Assembly: GCA_965205265.1 (NCBI GenBank)
Contig: CBDBGH010000003.1
Span: forward strand, 3,520,001-3,584,000
From: Alphaproteobacteria bacterium
GTDB taxonomy: Bacteria; Pseudomonadota; Alphaproteobacteria; Bin95
Direction of reading: 5' to 3'
Length of the DNA stretch: 64,000 bases
The notes below the pieces were generated by a model, which was not told the DNA's origin, ran no database searches, and saw only the letters and a program-made list of their open reading frames with translations. Position 1 is the first letter of the stretch, and each line of letters opens with the position of its first letter. This document shows positions 47,532 to 57,980 of the stretch, piece after piece. The position numbers and the translations under genes were made by a program.

Positions 47532-48908
47532 ATGCGCCAGACCGCAGGCCGCGAGGCCGAAACCCCACATGTGACGCACGAACTCGCGCGGTTCGCCTCG
47601 GGCATCCGCTACGAGGACCTGCCGGCCGACGCGCGCTTCATGGCCCGCCAGTGCCTGCTGGACTGGCTCGGCGTCACGCTCGCCGGCTCGCAGGAGCCGC
47701 TCGCGCTCATGCTCAGGGCCGAGGCGGCGGAGGAAGGCGGCGCGCCGCGCGCCACGCTCTTCGGCGGCGGGGCCAGGACCTCCATGGGCCAGGCGGCGCT
47801 GGTGAACGGCGCCGCCGGACACGCGCTCGATTTCGACGACGTTCTGGGCGCCATGACCGGCCACCCGACCGCGCCGGTGGCCCCGGCCGCGCTGGCGCTC
47901 GCCGAGGGCCGGGGGCTGGACGGCCGGCGGGTCGTCGCCGGCATCGTGGCGGGCATCGAGGTCGAGGCGCGCCTCGGCCGCGTGCTCGGCGACAGCCACT
48001 ATGCGAAGGGCTGGCACGCGACCGGCACGGTCGGCGCCTTCGGGGCGGCGGCGGCGGCCGCCAACATGCTCGGCCTCGATGCGGAACGGACGGCCCGCGC
48101 GCTCGGCATCGCCGGCACCCAGGCGGCCGGGCTCAAATCCATGTTCGGCACCATGTGCAAGCCGCTGCATGCCGGCAAGGCAGCGCAGAACGGCCTCATG
48201 GCCGCCACGCTCGCCGAACGCGGCTTCACCAGCCGCGACGACGTGCTCGACTGCGTGCAGGGCTTCACCGACACCCAGACCGAGACCTTCCGCCCCGAAG
48301 CGCTGCTGGAGGATCCGGACCGATTCCACATCCTCGACACGCTCTTCAAATACCACCCGGCCTGCTACGGTACCCACGCCACCATCGAGGCGTGCCTCGG
48401 CGTGGCGGAGAATCCCGCCTTCGACGCCGGCGATGTCGAGCGGGTGGAGGTGAAGGTCCCGCAGAACGCGCTGCGCATGTGCAACATTCCGGCGCCGGAG
48501 ACCGGCCTCGAGGCCAAGTTCAGCCTCGCCTACAATGTCGGCCTCGGGCTGACGAAACAGGCGACCGGCGCGCTCGACATCTATTTCGACGAGAACCTGA
48601 ACCGGCCCGACGTGCATGCGATCCGGGAGACGGTCTCGGTCGAGGGCTCGGACGACATGGCCAAGTTCGCCGCCGATGTCGTCGTGCATCTGGGCAGCGG
48701 CGTGGCGCTTCGCGGCGCCGCCGATGTCGGGGTGCCGGACAGCGACAGGAACCGGCAGTGGGAGAAGCTGCAGGGCAAGTTCCGCGCGCTTGCCGCCCCG
48801 CTGCTGGGTGCGCGCGCGGCCGAGGCGCTGATCGAGGCGGTCGGCAGCCTTGACGACGCCCGCGATGTCGGCGCGGCGCTGGCGCCGGCCGGGGCGGAAA
48901 TCGGCTGA
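47532..48908 (+). CDS. MmgE/PrpD family protein
   Basis: NGAAGHALDFDD, GHP, GWHATGT, KYHPAC..H, AKFSL. Confidence 0.9.
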   Translation: MRQTAGREAETPHVTHELARFASGIRYEDLPADARFMARQCLLDWLGVTLAGSQEPLALMLRAEAAEEGGAPRATLFGGGARTSMGQAALVNGAAGHALDFDDVLGAMTGHPTAPVAPAALALAEGRGLDGRRVVAGIVAGIEVEARLGRVLGDSHYAKGWHATGTVGAFGAAAAAANMLGLDAERTARALGIAGTQAAGLKSMFGTMCKPLHAGKAAQNGLMAATLAERGFTSRDDVLDCVQGFTDTQTETFRPEALLEDPDRFHILDTLFKYHPACYGTHATIEACLGVAENPAFDAGDVERVEVKVPQNALRMCNIPAPETGLEAKFSLAYNVGLGLTKQATGALDIYFDENLNRPDVHAIRETVSVEGSDDMAKFAADVVVHLGSGVALRGAADVGVPDSDRNRQWEKLQGKFRALAAPLLGARAAEALIEAVGSLDDARDVGAALAPAGAEIG

Positions 48909-48921
48909 GGAGGACAGGATC

Positions 48922-49701
48922 ATGGACGGCATGCAGACGGGCGCGCTCTACCCCGCGCCGGGCGAACTGGACGAGGAGCGGCGCATTCGTACGGAGCTGG
49001 CCTGCGCCTACCGGCTGGTGGACCATTTCGGCTGGACCGAGCTCATCTACGGCCATCTCACCGCGCGCGTGCCGGGGCCGGACCACCATTTCCTCATCAA
49101 TCCCTTCGGCCTCAATTACGACGAGGTGACGGCCTCCAACCTCGTCCGCATCGACCTGGACGGGACTGTCATCGAAGGCGATTACGAGGCCAATTTCGCC
49201 GGCTTCATCATCCATTCCACCATCCACATGGCGGGCGGCGACAACAATTGCGTGATGCACACCCACACCCGGGCGGGCATGGCCGTCGCCGCGGTCGAGG
49301 AAGGGCTGCTGCCGATCTCGATGACCGCCACCACCTTCTTCGACGACATCGCCTATCACGACTATGAGGGGCCGAGCCTCTATCTGGACGAGCGCGAGCG
49401 GCTGCTGGCAGCGCTCGGCCAGAAGAAGGCGATGATCCTGCGCAATCACGGCCTCTTGACCGTCGGGCGCACGGTGGCGGAGGCGTTTGCGCGCCTCTAC
49501 CGGCTGGAGCGGGCCTGCCAGGTCCAGGTCGATGCCGGCGCGGCCGGCACGCTCCGGGTGCTTTCCGACGACATCGCGGCCCGCTCCGGGCGGGACACCA
49601 ACGCCTTTGCCGGGCGCGAGAGCAACGAGGCGATGGGCGGGCTCGAATTCGCGGCGCTGATGCGCAAGATGGACCGGAAAGACCCGAGCTACAGGGACTG
49701 A
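48922..49701 (+). CDS. Class II aldolase/adducin family protein
   Basis: HLTARVP, FIIHSTIH, MHTH, LRNHG. Confidence 0.9.
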   Translation: MDGMQTGALYPAPGELDEERRIRTELACAYRLVDHFGWTELIYGHLTARVPGPDHHFLINPFGLNYDEVTASNLVRIDLDGTVIEGDYEANFAGFIIHSTIHMAGGDNNCVMHTHTRAGMAVAAVEEGLLPISMTATTFFDDIAYHDYEGPSLYLDERERLLAALGQKKAMILRNHGLLTVGRTVAEAFARLYRLERACQVQVDAGAAGTLRVLSDDIAARSGRDTNAFAGRESNEAMGGLEFAALMRKMDRKDPSYRD

Positions 49702-49730
49702 ACCCGGAGCCCCGGCAAATGCGCGCCCCG

Positions 49731-50705
49731 ATGCGCGCTATCGTCTGCCGGGCCTTCGGTCCGCCGGAAGAGCTTGAATTCGGTGAACTTCCGGCGCCGG
49801 AGCCGGGGCCGGGCGAGGTGGCGATCCGGGTCGAGGCGGCGGGTGTCAGCTTCGCGGACACTCTGATGATCCGCGACCTGCACCAGAACAAGCACAAGCT
49901 GCCCTTCGCGCCCGGCATGGAAGTGGCCGGGCGCGTGGCGGAGACCGGCCCCGGCGTCGAGGGCTTGTCGCCCGGAGACCGGGTCATGGCGCTGGTCTAT
50001 GACGGCGGCCATGCCGAGCGTGCGGTCGCGCCGGCGGCCGAGACCTTCCCGCTCCCGGACGGCGTGTCGATGCCGGCAGCGGCGGCGCTCGGCGCGGCCT
50101 ATCTCACCGCCCATGCCGGCCTCTTCTGGGAAGCGCGCCTCCAGCCCGGCGAGACCCTGCTGGTGCTGGGCGCGGGCGGCGGCACGGGCCTGGCGGCCGT
50201 GGAGGTCGGCAAGGCGCTCGGCGCGCGCGTCATTGCGGCCGCCTCGACGGCGGAGAAAGGCGCGCTCGCAGCAGGGCGGGGCGCCGATGCGGTCGCGATC
50301 TACCCGGCGGACTCGATCCGCGAGCGCGCGATGGCCGAGACCGGCGGCGAGGGCTGCGACGCGGTGTTCGATCCCGTCGGCGGCGCGCTCTTCGAGGAGA
50401 GCTTCCGCTCGCTCGGCTGGGGCGGGCGGCACATCGTGGTCGGATTCGCCGGCGGGGCGGTCCCGGCCTTCCGGGCGAACCACCTGCTGGTGAAGAACCG
50501 CGCCGCGCTCGGCCTGGCGCTGTTCAACTACCGCAAGCGCCGCCCGGACCGCCTGCGCGCCTCGGCCGAGGCGCTGCTGGACTGGGCCGCCGCCGGCCGC
50601 ATCCGCCCCCATATCGCCGCCGAATTGCCGCTGGAGGAAGCGCCCGCCGCGCTGCGCGCCATCATGGACCGCAAGGCCGCCGGCCGGCTGGTGCTCCGGC
50701 CCTGA
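49731..50705 (+). CDS. NADPH:quinone oxidoreductase (MDR/zeta-crystallin family)
   Basis: PGMEVAG, LVLGAGGGTG, DPVGG. Confidence 0.9.
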   Translation: MRAIVCRAFGPPEELEFGELPAPEPGPGEVAIRVEAAGVSFADTLMIRDLHQNKHKLPFAPGMEVAGRVAETGPGVEGLSPGDRVMALVYDGGHAERAVAPAAETFPLPDGVSMPAAAALGAAYLTAHAGLFWEARLQPGETLLVLGAGGGTGLAAVEVGKALGARVIAAASTAEKGALAAGRGADAVAIYPADSIRERAMAETGGEGCDAVFDPVGGALFEESFRSLGWGGRHIVVGFAGGAVPAFRANHLLVKNRAALGLALFNYRKRRPDRLRASAEALLDWAAAGRIRPHIAAELPLEEAPAALRAIMDRKAAGRLVLRP

Positions 50706-50711
50706 TCCGGC

Positions 50712-52799
50712 CTATCCCCGCTGCCCCTCGCGGCGCCAGAGCCAGGCGAGCAGCAGCGCGCCCAGCGCCAGCACCAGCCAGGGCGGCAGCAGCGGCGTGC
50801 GCTCTAAGCCGGTGACCCGGTAGGCGCGGTTGTCGCGCAGGCCCAGCCAGTCCCGCCCCGCCATGCGCCCGCCCGGCCTGACGGCGCGCACGTCCGGCAC
50901 GCCGTCATTTCCGAGCCACAGCACCCGACCGCCGGTGGCCTCCGCCACCGGCGCGAGCCGGGCCGCGGTCGGGCGCAGGTCCTCGAATTCCAGCGGGTTA
51001 TCGACGGCGGCCCCCGCAACCGTCGTCTTCTCCCCCGACCGCACCTGCCAGACGCCGGGCGCGTCCGCCTCGACCGCGCCGCGCCAGCGCCCGGCCCCGG
51101 CCGGCTCCAGTTCGACGGCCAGCGTGCGCCCGTCCGGGGCCAGCGCCGTTACCGGCTCGGGCTCCGCTTCCGCCTTGCGCCGCTCCACCTCCAGCCGCCC
51201 GCCCGCGATGCCGGCCGTCAGCGCGTCCTCTTCGAGGTCCGGCTCCTTCATCAGCCAGTGGGCGAGGCGGCGCAGCAATTCCGCATGCGGACCCCCGCCC
51301 TGGTAGCCGCGCGCCCACAGCCACACCTGGTCGCTGGCCAACAGGCCGACGCGCCCTTCGCCCACCCGGTCCACCAGCAGCAGCGGCCGGCCCTCCGCGC
51401 CCGACAGCAGCGTCTGCCCGCTCTCCGGCTCCACGTCGATCTGGCGGAGCCAGCGCCCCCAGCGGGGCTCGGCCGAGCCGGCGACCAGCGGTCCGGTCAC
51501 CGGATGGCGCCGGCCGATCTCCGTCGGCACCGGACGGAACGGCTCCGTGAGAATGCGCCCGGTCGGCCCGGCCGGATAGACGCCGCTCAGCGCCGACTCG
51601 TGCAGCGAGGTGACGCGCGAGGCGAAACCGGGCCCGGCAGCATCGAGAAGCGCCCCGCCCCCGCGCACATAGTCGGCGACATTGGCGAGGTAGAGCTGCG
51701 GGATCACCCCCCGGCGCGCATAGCGGTCGAAGACAACCAGGTCGAATTCCGTCAGCCGCTCCTCGAAAAGCTCGCGCACCGGGAAGGAGATCAGCGCAAG
51801 CTCGCGGATGGGCGTGGCGTCGTGCTTGTAGGGCGGGCGCAGGATCGTGAAGTGGATGAGGTCCACCGCCGGATCGGATTTCAGCAGGTTGCGCCAGACC
51901 CGCTCGCCGGCATGGGGCCGCCCGGAGACCAGCAGCACCTTCAGGCGGTCCCGCACGCCGTTCACGGTGACGACCGCGCGGTTGTTGGCGGGGCTGAGCT
52001 CGCGCGGTCCCGGCTCGACGCCGAACTCGAAGACGGTGGCGCCCGCGCGGTCCACCGGAAGGGCGATGCGTTCGGCGCGGCCGAGGACGACGCCCACCGT
52101 TTTCAGCAGGCGGCCGTCCGCCGAGACCGAGACCAGGGCGCCGCCGCGCCCCGCGCCTTCAGGGCCGAAATCCTCCACCAGAAGCTCGACCTCGACATCC
52201 TTGCCGACTATGCCGTAGGCCGGGGCCGCCCGGACCGACAGCCGCCGGTCGCCGTCCTCCTCCGGGTCGCCGGTCAGCAGCACATGCACCGGACCCATTT
52301 CCTCGGGTCCGGCAGGCGCCGTCGCCGCCGCGTCATGCGCCTGGCCGTCGGTGATGAGGAAGGCTCCGGCCCGCTGGCGCCTCGGCACCGCCGCCCAGGC
52401 CTCGCGCAACGCGCCCAGAAGCGCCGTGCCGCGGTCGGGCCCGCCCGCGCCCTCGGTCTCGACGATCAGCGCGTCGAGATGGGGCAGGAAGTCCAGCCGG
52501 CTCTCCAGCGCATCCAGGGCCTCATCCGTCATCCGGGTCCGGCCGCCCACCTCCTGGCTTCCGGAGCGGTCCACCAGGACGATGGCCGCGTCCCGCTCCT
52601 GCTCCCTCAGTTCCGAAACCAGGGTCGGCCGCAGGAGCGCGGCGACCAGCAGCGCCGAGAGCAGCAGGCGGAGCGCGCCGCCCGAGGCGCGGCGCGCGAA
52701 GGCAAGCCCCGCCGCCGCCAGCGCCGCTGCGCCGAGACCGGCAATCAGCCACCAGGGCAGCATCGGCGCAAACGCGATATCGGTTGCGTTGGCGATCAT
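50712..52799 (-). CDS. Membrane protein with glutamine amidotransferase-like domain (MoxR cluster)
   Basis: TM helices, VDRSGS, WRNLLKSDP..LIHFTILR, ELALISFP. Confidence 0.8.
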   Translation of the reverse strand: MIANATDIAFAPMLPWWLIAGLGAAALAAAGLAFARRASGGALRLLLSALLVAALLRPTLVSELREQERDAAIVLVDRSGSQEVGGRTRMTDEALDALESRLDFLPHLDALIVETEGAGGPDRGTALLGALREAWAAVPRRQRAGAFLITDGQAHDAAATAPAGPEEMGPVHVLLTGDPEEDGDRRLSVRAAPAYGIVGKDVEVELLVEDFGPEGAGRGGALVSVSADGRLLKTVGVVLGRAERIALPVDRAGATVFEFGVEPGPRELSPANNRAVVTVNGVRDRLKVLLVSGRPHAGERVWRNLLKSDPAVDLIHFTILRPPYKHDATPIRELALISFPVRELFEERLTEFDLVVFDRYARRGVIPQLYLANVADYVRGGGALLDAAGPGFASRVTSLHESALSGVYPAGPTGRILTEPFRPVPTEIGRRHPVTGPLVAGSAEPRWGRWLRQIDVEPESGQTLLSGAEGRPLLLVDRVGEGRVGLLASDQVWLWARGYQGGGPHAELLRRLAHWLMKEPDLEEDALTAGIAGGRLEVERRKAEAEPEPVTALAPDGRTLAVELEPAGAGRWRGAVEADAPGVWQVRSGEKTTVAGAAVDNPLEFEDLRPTAARLAPVAEATGGRVLWLGNDGVPDVRAVRPGGRMAGRDWLGLRDNRAYRVTGLERTPLLPPWLVLALGALLLAWLWRREGQRG

Positions 52800-55501
52800 C
52801 CGTCGAGGTGCCGCAGTATGGCCGGCACATGCACCTGGTCGGCCTTGTAGTTGCCGGTAAGCGCGTGCATGACGAGATTGACGCCGAAGCGCCGCGCCGC
52901 TTCGCGCTGGCGTTCGCCGCCGGGGGTGACGGCGAACAGGGGGCGCCCGTAGGAGTCCTCCGCCCAGGCCGCCGCCCAGTCGTTCGAGCCGATCAGATAG
53001 CCGGTCACGCCGTCGGTGCGGCTCGAGGCGGTGCGCTCGACCCACACCGTGCCACCGGCATACCGGCCCGCAAAGCTCTGGAGCAGGTAGAACGACCGGG
53101 TCAGCACATGGTCCGGCGGCACGGCCGTCAGCGGCGGCACGCGCATGCCCGCCAGAAGCGTCCTCAACCGCTCGCGCTCCGGCGTCATGACCGCGCCGCG
53201 CATGTCGATATGCCCGCCGACGGCGCTGCGGTCGCGCGTGTCGAACACCAGCATGCCGCCCGTCGCGACATAGGCGGCCAGCCGCGCGCGCGCCCTGTCG
53301 GAGAGCGGCGGCTGGTTCGCCGCGACCGGCCAGAACAGCATCGGGAAGAACGCGAGTTCGTCCCGTTCCACATTGATCGCCTGGGGCGCTCCCGGCTCGA
53401 CCATGGTCCGGTCGGTCAGCACCCGGCTGAGGCCCGCAAGGCCCGCGCGGCTGGTCTCGTCCACCTCCGCGTCGCCGGTGAGCACATAGGCGAGATGCAC
53501 CTCGGCCGCGAGGCGCTCCGGATCGTTCGCCAGCGCGTCGCCGCCGCCTGCGAAGCCGGCAAGCAGCGCCGCCGCCAGCCCCGCCTTCGCGCCAAGCGGC
53601 AGGTAGCCGCGATAGGCGAGCGAGGCCGCTCCGTCCACCAGCAGCAGGACGAGGCAGGCAAGCAGCAGCCAGGGGACAAGCGGATGTTCGCGGCCGGGTG
53701 CAAGGCCCCGCTCGACTACCCCCTGCGGCAGGCCCGCCAGCGGCGCAGGCGCAGGCAGGGCGCCGCCGAGATTAACGGCCCGGAACTCCCCGGCCCGTCC
53801 GTAGAGGCCCGGCGGCGCGAACGGATCCGGCGGCTCCGCGCCGGTCCATGCGGCCGGCAGCGGCAATACGGCCGGGCCGGCTTCCGTCCATCTCCCGAAG
53901 CCGTCCAGCAGGCGCGCCGGCTCAAGCAGCCCGGCGGCGCCGGCGGCTCCCCCGCCGAGCGCGGCCAGGCGGGAGAGCATTTGCGGGTAAAGCCCCGAGA
54001 GGGCGAGCGTGGACCAGTCGGCATTGGCGGAGGTATGCACAAGGGCGGTCCAGCCCTCGCCGAGCCGCGCGCCGGTCACGATGGGGGTGCCGTCCGCCAG
54101 CGCCGCCCAGCTCTTCGCCGGGAGCTCCGGGCCCGGCTCGGCAAGCACCTGGCGGGTTACCGCGATGTCGCCGGCCGGCTCCAGCCCGGCGAACGGGCTC
54201 GTCCCGGAGAAGGCGCCGAGCCGCTGGGGCTGCGCCCAGGTGAGCGCGCCGCCGAGTTCGCGCCGGCCCCGGCGCAGCGGAACCGGAAGCAGGTCCGCGC
54301 CGGCTTCCGCGAGCCGCGGCCCCGAGAAGCGCAGCAATACGCCGCCCGCCTCCACCCACTCGGCCAGCCTGTCGCGCGACGCCCGCCCGATCTCCGCCGC
54401 GTCGGTCAGCACCAGCGTGCCGACGCCCGCTTCCAGAAGCTCCTCGACCGGGGCCTCCACCACCGTTGCGAACGGGGCGAACGCCGTGCGCAGATAATGC
54501 TGGTCGTCGAGCAGCGGATGGCCGGCCATGCCGGTCGCCGCCAGCCCGACCTTGCGCCGGCGCCAGTCGCTGCCGACCAGCGCGGTCGCGCCGGCGCCCG
54601 TCTCGCCGACAAGGCGGAAGCGCGCGATGCGGTTCAGCAGCTCGTCCGGGCGTTCGACGGACACCGATGCGGAGGCCTCGCCCCCGGCGAATGCGACCTC
54701 GGCGGCCGCCAGCCGCAGGCCGTCCTCGTCCAGCGCCTCGACCGTGACCGTCTCCGCTCCCCGGCCGGCCCGGTCCACATGGACCGTCAGGCGCCCGGCT
54801 TCGCGCTTCGGCGGGCGGAGCAGCCGGGCGCGGTCGCCGGGTTCCGGCCGCAGCACGTCCAGGCTGCCGAGGCGCTGCAGCGCCCCGGCGAACGCGCCGG
54901 CATCGCCCTCTTCGAGCCCGTCGCTCACCCATATGGCGGTCGCCGGCCCCGAAATGCCGATATCCTGCACGGCCGCCGCCGCGGCAATCCGGTCCGTCGG
55001 CCAGGGTTTCGGCTCCAGCGCCGCGACGGCCGCGGCCGCATCCGCAGGCGGGAACGGCCCGGCCGCGTCCGGCAGGCCGCCGTCCGGGCCGGGCGCCGTC
55101 GTCAGCAGCCGGACCGGGCGGTCCCGCCGCGCCGCTTCGTCCAGTATCGCAAGCGCCGCGGCCCGCATGGACGGCCATTGCGGGGCGGACGCCCAGCCGT
55201 CGTCGATGGCCAGAACCACTTCGCCCTGCCCTTCCAGCAGGCTGCCGGGCGCGAGGATCGGCCGGGCGGCCGCCAGCACCAGCAGCCCGGCGATCAGGAG
55301 CCGCAGCAGCAGCATCCAGGGCGGCGTGCGCTCGCTGCTGTCGTCGTCCTGCCTCAGCCCGAACAGGAACCGGATCGCGGGAAAGCGGGTGGCGACCGGC
55401 TGCGGCGGGGTGATGCGCAGCAGCAGCCAGACCAACGGCAGGGCCGCCAGGCCGAGCAGGAACCACGGCGCGGCGAAGCCGATGGCGCCGAGCGTCAGCA
55501 C
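52796..55501 (-). CDS. BatA-domain / DUF4159 protein
   Basis: N-terminal BatA (LLRITPP..FPAIRFL..TPPWMLLLR); C-terminal LTGNYKADQVH. Confidence 0.85.
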   Translation of the reverse strand: MLTLGAIGFAAPWFLLGLAALPLVWLLLRITPPQPVATRFPAIRFLFGLRQDDDSSERTPPWMLLLRLLIAGLLVLAAARPILAPGSLLEGQGEVVLAIDDGWASAPQWPSMRAAALAILDEAARRDRPVRLLTTAPGPDGGLPDAAGPFPPADAAAAVAALEPKPWPTDRIAAAAAVQDIGISGPATAIWVSDGLEEGDAGAFAGALQRLGSLDVLRPEPGDRARLLRPPKREAGRLTVHVDRAGRGAETVTVEALDEDGLRLAAAEVAFAGGEASASVSVERPDELLNRIARFRLVGETGAGATALVGSDWRRRKVGLAATGMAGHPLLDDQHYLRTAFAPFATVVEAPVEELLEAGVGTLVLTDAAEIGRASRDRLAEWVEAGGVLLRFSGPRLAEAGADLLPVPLRRGRRELGGALTWAQPQRLGAFSGTSPFAGLEPAGDIAVTRQVLAEPGPELPAKSWAALADGTPIVTGARLGEGWTALVHTSANADWSTLALSGLYPQMLSRLAALGGGAAGAAGLLEPARLLDGFGRWTEAGPAVLPLPAAWTGAEPPDPFAPPGLYGRAGEFRAVNLGGALPAPAPLAGLPQGVVERGLAPGREHPLVPWLLLACLVLLLVDGAASLAYRGYLPLGAKAGLAAALLAGFAGGGDALANDPERLAAEVHLAYVLTGDAEVDETSRAGLAGLSRVLTDRTMVEPGAPQAINVERDELAFFPMLFWPVAANQPPLSDRARARLAAYVATGGMLVFDTRDRSAVGGHIDMRGAVMTPERERLRTLLAGMRVPPLTAVPPDHVLTRSFYLLQSFAGRYAGGTVWVERTASSRTDGVTGYLIGSNDWAAAWAEDSYGRPLFAVTPGGERQREAARRFGVNLVMHALTGNYKADQVHVPAILRHLDG

Positions 55502-56361
55502 AGCCGGTCGGGCCGCTCGGCAAGCTGGCCGGCGAGCGCCAGCAGGGCCGAGACCGGCGGCGCGTCGGTCCGGTGCCGCAGCAGGGTCCAGCCGAGCCTG
55601 GCGGCATTGCGCCGCAAGGCCTCGTTATGGGCCTCCAGCCGTTCGCGATAGGCCGCGCGCAGGCCCCCTACGCGGCGCACGAGCAGTTCGCCCTCGCCTT
55701 CCAGCCCTATGAAACGCCGCCTTCCGCGCATCGGCAGGTCGGTCTCCGCCGGGTCCAGCACCTGCACGATATGGCCGCGCACGCCGGAATCCGCCAGCCG
55801 GCGGAACAGGGGCTCGACCGTGCCGGCCGCATCCAGGAAATCGCCGACCAGGAGCGCCTGGGCGTATTTGCCGAAGCCGAGGTCCCGGGGCAGGCCCGCG
55901 ACAGGCGGCGCGCGGTCGAGCGCGAGGGAAAGTTCGCCGAGGCGCCGCTCGTGGCGGTAGCGGCCGGGCGCGGGCCCGATGGGCGCCGCCTGGTGGCCGG
56001 CGCGCATCAGCAGCACGGCCGCGGCCAGGATCAGCAGCCGGGCGCGCTCCGCCTTGGTCTCCCGCCCCCGCGCGCCCCGCCAGTCCATGGATGCCGAGCG
56101 GTCCTCCCACAGCCAGAAGGTCTGCGCCGCATCGCGCTCGCGCTCGCTGACCAGCACCCGGCCGTCCCGCGCCGACCGCCGCCAGTCCACCGCGCGCACG
56201 GGGTCCCCCGCCCGGTAGAGGCGGAATTGCCAGAAATCGTAGCCGGGCCCCGGCCGGCGAAGGCCGTGCGAGCCCGCGCTCACCGTTTCCGCCACCCGGA
56301 GCGCGGCCACGGCCGGCGCCGGCAGCCCGGCGGCGAGGCGTTCCGCTGCGGCGACGGGCAT
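55495..56361 (-). CDS. DUF58 domain protein
   Basis: FWQFRLY..GD...VDWRRSAR, DRSASM. Confidence 0.88.
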   Translation of the reverse strand: MPVAAAERLAAGLPAPAVAALRVAETVSAGSHGLRRPGPGYDFWQFRLYRAGDPVRAVDWRRSARDGRVLVSERERDAAQTFWLWEDRSASMDWRGARGRETKAERARLLILAAAVLLMRAGHQAAPIGPAPGRYRHERRLGELSLALDRAPPVAGLPRDLGFGKYAQALLVGDFLDAAGTVEPLFRRLADSGVRGHIVQVLDPAETDLPMRGRRRFIGLEGEGELLVRRVGGLRAAYRERLEAHNEALRRNAARLGWTLLRHRTDAPPVSALLALAGQLAERPDRLC

Positions 56362-56376
56362 GGCGGCCGCCCCCGT

Positions 56377-57387
56377 TCAGCCGAGCGGCGCGGTCAGGCA
56401 GGCGATGACATGGTCAACGTCTATCCCCTCCGCCCTCGCGGCATAGGAGAGCGCCATGCGGTGGCGCAGCACCGGGCCGGCCAGCGCGCTCACATCCTCG
56501 ACCGAGGGGGAGAGCCGCCCCTGCAGCAGCGCGCGCGCCCGCGTGCAGCGCATCAGCGCCTGCCCGGCCCTCGGCCCCGGGCCCCAGGCGACCCACTCGG
56601 CGATGCGCCTGTCCTCGGCGGTTTCCGGGCGCCCGCGCCGCACGAGGTCGAGGATCGCCGCCAGCACCGTCTCGCCGATCGGCATGAGCCGCGCCAGTTC
56701 CTGCACCTCCAGCAGCTCCGCCGGCGAGACGACCGGGCGCGCTTCCTGCCCTTCGCCGCCGGTGGTCTTCAGCAGGATCGTCTTCTCGGTGTCGATGTCG
56801 GGATAGTCCACATCGATCTGGAGCAGGAACCGGTCCAGCTGCGCCTCGGGCAGCGGATAGGTGCCTTCCTGCTCGATCGGGTTCTGTGTCGCCAGCACAT
56901 GGAACGGCCGGGGCAGGGAGCGTGGATGCCCGCCGACCGAGACCTGGCGCTCCTGCATGGCCTGGAGCAGGGCGGACTGCGTGCGCGGGCTCGCCCGGTT
57001 GATCTCGTCCGCCATCAGCAATTGCGTGAACACCGGTCCCTCGACATAGCGGAAATGCCGCCCGTTCCCGTCCTCGTCCAGAATCTCGGAGCCGAGAATG
57101 TCGGTCGGCATGAGGTCCGGGGTGAATTGCACCCGCCGCCGGTCCAGGCCGAACACCCGCGACAGCGTTTCGACGAGCAGGGTCTTGCCGAGGCCCGGCA
57201 CGCCGACCAGGAGGCCGTGCCCATCGGCGACCATCGTGACCATGGCCTGTTCGACCACCGAAGCCTGGCCGAAAATCACCTCGCCGACCGCGACCGAGGC
57301 TTCGCCGAGGCGCGCCGCCGCGGAGTCGATGCGCCGGGCGACGGCGTCCCCGGATGCGTCTTGCGCTTCGCTTCGCAATGGCTGCAT
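56377..57387 (-). CDS. MoxR-family AAA+ ATPase
   Basis: GVPGLGKT, RVQFTPDLMP, DEINRA, ATQNPIEQEGTYPLPEAQLDRF. Confidence 0.95.
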   Translation of the reverse strand: MQPLRSEAQDASGDAVARRIDSAAARLGEASVAVGEVIFGQASVVEQAMVTMVADGHGLLVGVPGLGKTLLVETLSRVFGLDRRRVQFTPDLMPTDILGSEILDEDGNGRHFRYVEGPVFTQLLMADEINRASPRTQSALLQAMQERQVSVGGHPRSLPRPFHVLATQNPIEQEGTYPLPEAQLDRFLLQIDVDYPDIDTEKTILLKTTGGEGQEARPVVSPAELLEVQELARLMPIGETVLAAILDLVRRGRPETAEDRRIAEWVAWGPGPRAGQALMRCTRARALLQGRLSPSVEDVSALAGPVLRHRMALSYAARAEGIDVDHVIACLTAPLG

Positions 57388-57476
57388 GAAACGGGGCCTC
57401 CGTGTTCGACGCCGCGCCAGCAGGGAAAGGGCGCGGGCCTTCCGGCGCGGACATACTGCCCTATTATGGCACCGCC

Positions 57477-57980
57477 ATGGCCCGGAATCTCCAGACCTGC
57501 GAAGATTCGACGGACGCGCGCCCGCACGCGCCCATGCGCGGCGGCATGCGCATAGACCGCGACGGCGTGTGGTTCCACAACGGCCTGCCCTTCCGCCGCC
57601 CGGCGCTGGTGAAGCTGTTCAGCACCGTGCTGAAACGCGGCCCGGACGGCGGCTACCTGCTGGAAACGCCGGTGGAGCGCGTGGAGATCGAGGTCGAGGA
57701 CGCGCCCTTCGTCGCGGTCGAAATGCAGGCCGAGGGGGAAGGCCGGCGGCAACAGGTGCGTTTCCGCACCAATATCGACGAATGGGTGGCGCTCGGCCCC
57801 GGCCATCCGCTGCGGCTCGGCGCGCGGCCCTATCTGCTCGTCCGGCCCGGCATCGAGGCGGCGGTGCTGCGCGCGCCCTGGTACGAGCTGGCGGAACTGG
57901 CGGAAGAGACGGAGAGCGGCTACGGCGTGTGGAGCGGCGGGGCGTTCTTCGGCCTGGGAGCGCGCGACGATGACTCGTGA
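57477..57980 (+). CDS. DUF1285 family protein
   Basis: MRIDRDGVWFHNG..RPALVKLFSTVL, TPVE, VEDAPF. Confidence 0.85.
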   Translation: MARNLQTCEDSTDARPHAPMRGGMRIDRDGVWFHNGLPFRRPALVKLFSTVLKRGPDGGYLLETPVERVEIEVEDAPFVAVEMQAEGEGRRQQVRFRTNIDEWVALGPGHPLRLGARPYLLVRPGIEAAVLRAPWYELAELAEETESGYGVWSGGAFFGLGARDDDS